Source of the DNA: a virus
Taxonomy: Duplodnaviria > Heunggongvirae > Uroviricota > Caudoviricetes
Reading direction: 5' to 3' (one strand)
Length of the DNA: 11,959 bases
IMG/VR virus record: IMGVR_UViG_648276647_000018
Shown here in pieces: positions 7,450 through 11,959 of the stretch. A model generated the notes under the pieces. The model was not told where the DNA came from. It was given only the letters and a program-made list of their open reading frames with translations, and did no database searches. Made by a program: the position numbers and the translations under genes. Position 1 is the first letter of the stretch. The number at the start of each line of letters is the position of its first letter.

Positions 7450-9783
7450 ATGAAAATGAACGTAACCGCCACCGTCAGCCATGCGCTCGGCCACTGGCCG
7501 CGTATTCTCCCGGCGCTGGGGATTCAGGTGCTGAAAAACCGTCATCAGCCCTGTCCGGTCTGTGGCGGGAGTGACCGCTTCCGTTTTGATGACAGGGAGG
7601 GGCGCGGCACCTGGTACTGCAATCAGTGTGGTGCCGGTGACGGCCTGAAACTGGTTGAAAAGGTGTTTGGTGTTTCCCCGTCCGATGCGGCCGCAAAGGT
7701 GGCTGCCGTGACCGGCAGCCTGCCCCCGGCTGACCCGGCAGTGACGGCTGCCGCCGGTGCTGAAACAGACGCTGCCCGGAAGAACGCCGCCGCACTGGCA
7801 CAAACCCTGATGGCGAAAACCCGTCCCGGAACCGGTAACGCCTACCTGACCCGCAAGGGCTTTCCCGGCCGGGAATGCCGGATGCTGACCGGCACACACA
7901 GAGCCGGTGGCGTGAGCTGGCGCGCCGGTGACCTTGTGGTGCCACTGTATGACGACAGCGGCGAACTGGTTAACCTTCAGTTAATCAGTGCTGACGGCCG
8001 TAAGCGCACCCTGAAAGGCGGACAGGTCAGGGGCACCTGTCACACCCTTGAAGGACAGAATCAGGCAGGAAAACGTCTGTGGATAGCGGAGGGATACGCG
8101 ACCGCACTTACCGTGCATCACCTGACCGGTGAAACGGTGATGGTGGCGCTTTCTTCCGTGAACCTCCTTTCTCTGGCCAGCCTTGCCCGACAGAAGTATC
8201 CGGCCTGTCAGATTGTCCTTGCCGCAGACCGTGACCTCAGCGGTGACGGCCAGACAAAAGCCGCCGCAGCCGCAGATGCGTGTGAGGGCGTTGTTGCCCT
8301 GCCGCCGGTCTTCGGTGACTGGAATGATGCCTTCACGCAGTACGGCGGGGAGGCCACCCGTAAGGCCATTTACGATGCCATCCGGCCACCGGCTGAAAGC
8401 CCGTTCGACACCATGAGCGAAGCGGAGTTTTCCGCCATGAGTACCAGCGAAAAGGCCATGCGTATCTATGAGCATTACGGCGAGGCGCTCGCGGTCGATG
8501 CCAACGGCCAGCTTCTGTCCCGTTATGAAAATGGTGTCTGGAAGGTGCTGCCACCACAGGACTTTGCCCGGGATGTGGCCGGGCTGTTTCAGCGTCTGCG
8601 CGCGCCGTTCTCCTCCGGGAAGGTGGCCTCCGTGGTGGACACCCTGAAGCTGATTATTCCGCAGCAGGAAGCCCCCTCCCGCCGCCTGATTGGCTTTCGT
8701 AACGGCGTGCTCGACACGCAGAACGGCACGTTCCACCCGCACAGTCCGTCACACTGGATGCGTACCCTGTGCGATGTGGATTTCACCCCGCCGGTGGAAG
8801 GGGAAACGCTGGAAACCCACGCCCCCGCGTTCTGGCGCTGGCTTGACCGTGCCGCCGGTGGCCGTGCGGAAAAACGCGACGTGATTCTGGCCGCACTGTT
8901 TATGGTGCTGGCAAACCGCTACGACTGGCAGCTCTTTCTGGAGGTGACCGGTCCCGGCGGCAGCGGCAAAAGTATCATGGCCGAAATAGCCACCCTGCTG
9001 GCCGGGGAGGATAACGCCACGTCGGCCACCATCGAGACGCTGGAATCCCCGCGTGAACGTGCCGCGTTAACTGGCTTCTCACTGATACGCCTGCCGGACC
9101 AGGAAAAATGGAGCGGCGACGGTGCCGGACTCAAGGCCATCACCGGCGGCGACGCGGTGTCCGTTGACCCGAAATACCGGGATGCGTACTCCACGCATAT
9201 CCCGGCGGTGATTCTGGCCGTGAACAATAACCCGATGCGCTTCACCGACCGCAGCGGCGGCGTGTCACGCCGGCGGGTGATTATTCACTTCCCGGAACAG
9301 ATAGCCCCGCAGGAGCGCGACCCGCAGCTTAAGGACAAAATCACCCGCGAGCTGGCGGTCATCGTGCGTCACCTGATGCAGAAGTTCAGCGACCCGATGC
9401 TCGCCCGGTCACTGCTTCAGTCCCAGCAGAACTCAGACGAGGCACTGAACATCAAACGGGATGCCGACCCGACGTTTGATTTTATCGGCTATCTGGAAAC
9501 CCTGCCGCAGACCAGCGGCATGTATATGGGGAACGCCAGTATCATCCCGCGTAATTACCGTAAATACCTCTATCACGCCTATCTGGCCTACATGGAGGCA
9601 AACGGCTACCGGAATGTACTCAGTCTGAAAATGTTCGGGCTGGGGCTGCCGGTGATGCTGAAGGAATACGGACTGAATTACGAGAAGCGCCATACCAAAC
9701 AGGGGATACAGACCAACCTGACGCTGAAAGAGGAAAGCTACGGCGACTGGCTGCCAAAATGTGACGACCCTGCAACAACCTGA
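7450..9783 (+). CDS. alpha: Alpha: bifunctional DNA primase / helicase with C-terminal iteron-binding domain.
   Basis: 777 aa with an AAGGAGA SD. N-terminal zinc ribbon (CPVCGGSDRFRFDD...WYCNQCG). TOPRIM-like motifs (IAEGYATALTV, LAADRD). Walker A GPGGSGKS (nt 8951-8974). The length matches P4 alpha. Confidence 0.95.
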   Translation: MKMNVTATVSHALGHWPRILPALGIQVLKNRHQPCPVCGGSDRFRFDDREGRGTWYCNQCGAGDGLKLVEKVFGVSPSDAAAKVAAVTGSLPPADPAVTAAAGAETDAARKNAAALAQTLMAKTRPGTGNAYLTRKGFPGRECRMLTGTHRAGGVSWRAGDLVVPLYDDSGELVNLQLISADGRKRTLKGGQVRGTCHTLEGQNQAGKRLWIAEGYATALTVHHLTGETVMVALSSVNLLSLASLARQKYPACQIVLAADRDLSGDGQTKAAAAADACEGVVALPPVFGDWNDAFTQYGGEATRKAIYDAIRPPAESPFDTMSEAEFSAMSTSEKAMRIYEHYGEALAVDANGQLLSRYENGVWKVLPPQDFARDVAGLFQRLRAPFSSGKVASVVDTLKLIIPQQEAPSRRLIGFRNGVLDTQNGTFHPHSPSHWMRTLCDVDFTPPVEGETLETHAPAFWRWLDRAAGGRAEKRDVILAALFMVLANRYDWQLFLEVTGPGGSGKSIMAEIATLLAGEDNATSATIETLESPRERAALTGFSLIRLPDQEKWSGDGAGLKAITGGDAVSVDPKYRDAYSTHIPAVILAVNNNPMRFTDRSGGVSRRRVIIHFPEQIAPQERDPQLKDKITRELAVIVRHLMQKFSDPMLARSLLQSQQNSDEALNIKRDADPTFDFIGYLETLPQTSGMYMGNASIIPRNYRKYLYHAYLAYMEANGYRNVLSLKMFGLGLPVMLKEYGLNYEKRHTKQGIQTNLTLKEESYGDWLPKCDDPATT

Positions 9784-9799
9784 CCATCATGACTCATCT

Positions 9800-9825
9800 G
9801 ACCGGCATCTGCCGGTCTTTTTTTA
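9800..9825 (+). terminator. Rho-independent terminator after alpha.
   Basis: Stem gaccggc (9800-9806), loop atct, stem gccggtc (9811-9817), then TTTTTTT. Confidence 0.55.
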
Positions 9826-9840
9826 TCCCTGAATTCCCCG

Positions 9841-10140
9841 AAGGTGAACAATCCACTGTTCACCCTTCACCGTATATTCACCCGTTATCACACTGAAATT
9901 AAAAGAGAAAAATGAAAGGTGAACAGTGTGAACAATCAAATCAAAAAAACTTTTTTTCTTCCGGTGTGATTTCAGCACGGGAAATTAATCCCCTGCACAA
10001 GTCACACCGGCAGAATGCCGGAGGTGAAGAATCGAATGTTCACCCTTCACCCATTATTCACCATCTATCACTCTGAAATAAAAGGAGAAAACAGAAAGGT
10101 GAACAGTGTGAACAGTTCTTTCGAAAAAAATTTTTTTTCC
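9841..10140. repeat. crr (cis replication region): two direct repeats of about 120 bp at a 180-bp period, each with TGTTCACC-type iterons.
   Basis: Repeat 1 (9841-9960) and repeat 2 (10021-10140) align almost base for base, with a 60-bp spacer between them. Each holds ggtgaaca / tgttcacc copies and ends in an A/T run. Confidence 0.75.
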
Positions 10141-10203
10141 TGTACGATATAGCATCAATCCAAGTAAAAATGCGCTTTCATTTCACATTAACTTCCAGCC
10201 ATT

Positions 10204-10296
10204 GGTATACGATTAGGTATACGCACAAAAAATGAATTAAACAAAATCATTAAAAATCAAAGCAATACAATATTTATTCAAACTCCGCCAGCCCAC
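10204..10296 (+). other. Candidate right attachment site (attR): tandem ggtatacg arm-type repeats followed by a degenerate copy of the ssrA (tmRNA) 3' end.
   Basis: ggtatacg occurs at 10204-10211 and 10217-10224. ttcaaactccgccagcccacca (about 10275-10296) resembles the ssrA 3' end (ttcaactcccgccagctccacca, from memory) with three indels. The left repeat is not in the window, so this cannot be confirmed. Confidence 0.3.
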
Positions 10297-10428
10297 CAAA
10301 TAATGATTGGACGGTGTAAGGACTACACCAACAAAAACAGGAAGTTATAAGTCTCAGCAGGACACCGACCAGACGGTGAGGAGACAAAAAAGGATACGCA
10401 ACGGAGTCGCGACTCCCTATGACATTAA

Positions 10429-10452
10429 AGCCCGCTGATGCGGGCTTTTTTA
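10429..10452 (+). terminator. Rho-independent terminator in the flank upstream of csiD.
   Basis: Stem aagcccgc, loop tgat, stem gcgggctt, then TTTTTT. A perfect palindrome ggagtcgcgactcc sits just upstream at 10403-10416. Confidence 0.5.
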
Positions 10453-10882
10453 TTGGTCCTGACCCGCCCTGAATAGAATTCATCCAATTACAGCCCAGAC
10501 ATATACAGTATCCCTCAGCTCAGTATCAGCTTCTCGACAAATGGTCACTGTTATTTACCCGTTGCCAGAAAGAGAATAATTTGCCCCCATAGCCAGCCTT
10601 CCCGGAATCTGTATATTCATTAATATTGTTATCGATTCCATCAAGTAACATAGGTTGGATGCGATTGATCTTACTCACATTAGTCGACACGGAACTCAGT
10701 AAGTCGAACTCTGGAAAAGCAGTTTAAATAGCATTTAAACAAATGCCACCAGTTCGAAAAAGAGTATAAGCACACTTAATATATTGTTTTAATTATTCAT
10801 TTCCTTTCAACCCAATTCTTATCCCTCACATTACTTGTTATTGATTTGTTGTTTTTGATCACAATAAGAAAACAATATGTAA

Positions 10883-11959
<1,077 letters not shown>

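Larger units (their letters stand above)
1..10300 (+). mobile_element. P4-family satellite prophage: int, cargo, cos, psu-delta-sid, ori, vis, immunity region, alpha, crr. The right boundary is approximate.
   Basis: Gene order, orientations and protein lengths (Psu 190 aa, Delta 166 aa, Sid 244 aa, Alpha 777 aa) match my recollection of phage P4. The cos 19-mer and the TGTTCACC iterons at ori and crr are present. The left end (attL) lies outside the window. Confidence 0.85.

Noticed and set aside
7218-9693. Multiple ORFs antisense to or out of frame with alpha (7218-7472, 7408-7899, 7475-7945, 7981-8742, 8183-8416, 8333-8557, 8589-8786, 8690-8884, 8919-9245, 9433-9693)
   Set aside because: All fall inside the 777-aa alpha gene, which has clear primase and helicase motifs. 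High GC yields long spurious open frames rich in Arg/Gly/Pro/Ser.
9841-10140. Possible CRISPR array at the 120-bp direct repeats
   Set aside because: Only two repeat units, each 120 bp, with a 60-bp spacer of unrelated function and TGTTCACC iterons inside. This is the P4-type crr, not CRISPR.
10274-10483. Minus-strand ORF 10274-10483 (69 aa)
   Set aside because: It overlaps the putative attR core and a terminator hairpin in AT-rich intergenic DNA, with no SD. Unlikely to be coding.

Overview
Almost the whole window is one P4-family satellite prophage, followed by the host gene csiD/glaH. Its layout is: P4-type tyrosine integrase (1-1212); an AT-rich cargo gene for a 452-aa SIR2-like protein (1240-2598); the 19-nt P2/P4 cos sequence (2786-2804); psu, delta and sid on the minus strand (2969-4846); a late-promoter region and six TGTTCACC ori iterons (4880-5120); an AlpA/Vis regulator (5398-5664); a CI-RNA-type immunity region (5757-6047); four small early ORFs; the 777-aa alpha primase-helicase (7450-9783); crr (9841-10140); and a probable right end near 10200-10300. 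The main hunt result is the stand-alone SIR2-like gene in the int-cos variable slot, where P4 itself carries gop/beta/cII. It has no recognisable partner gene, so I read it as a candidate single-gene NAD-targeting anti-phage system with an unassigned C-terminal domain. All identifications are from reading the translations and DNA motifs by eye and from memory of P4; no database search or alignment was run.
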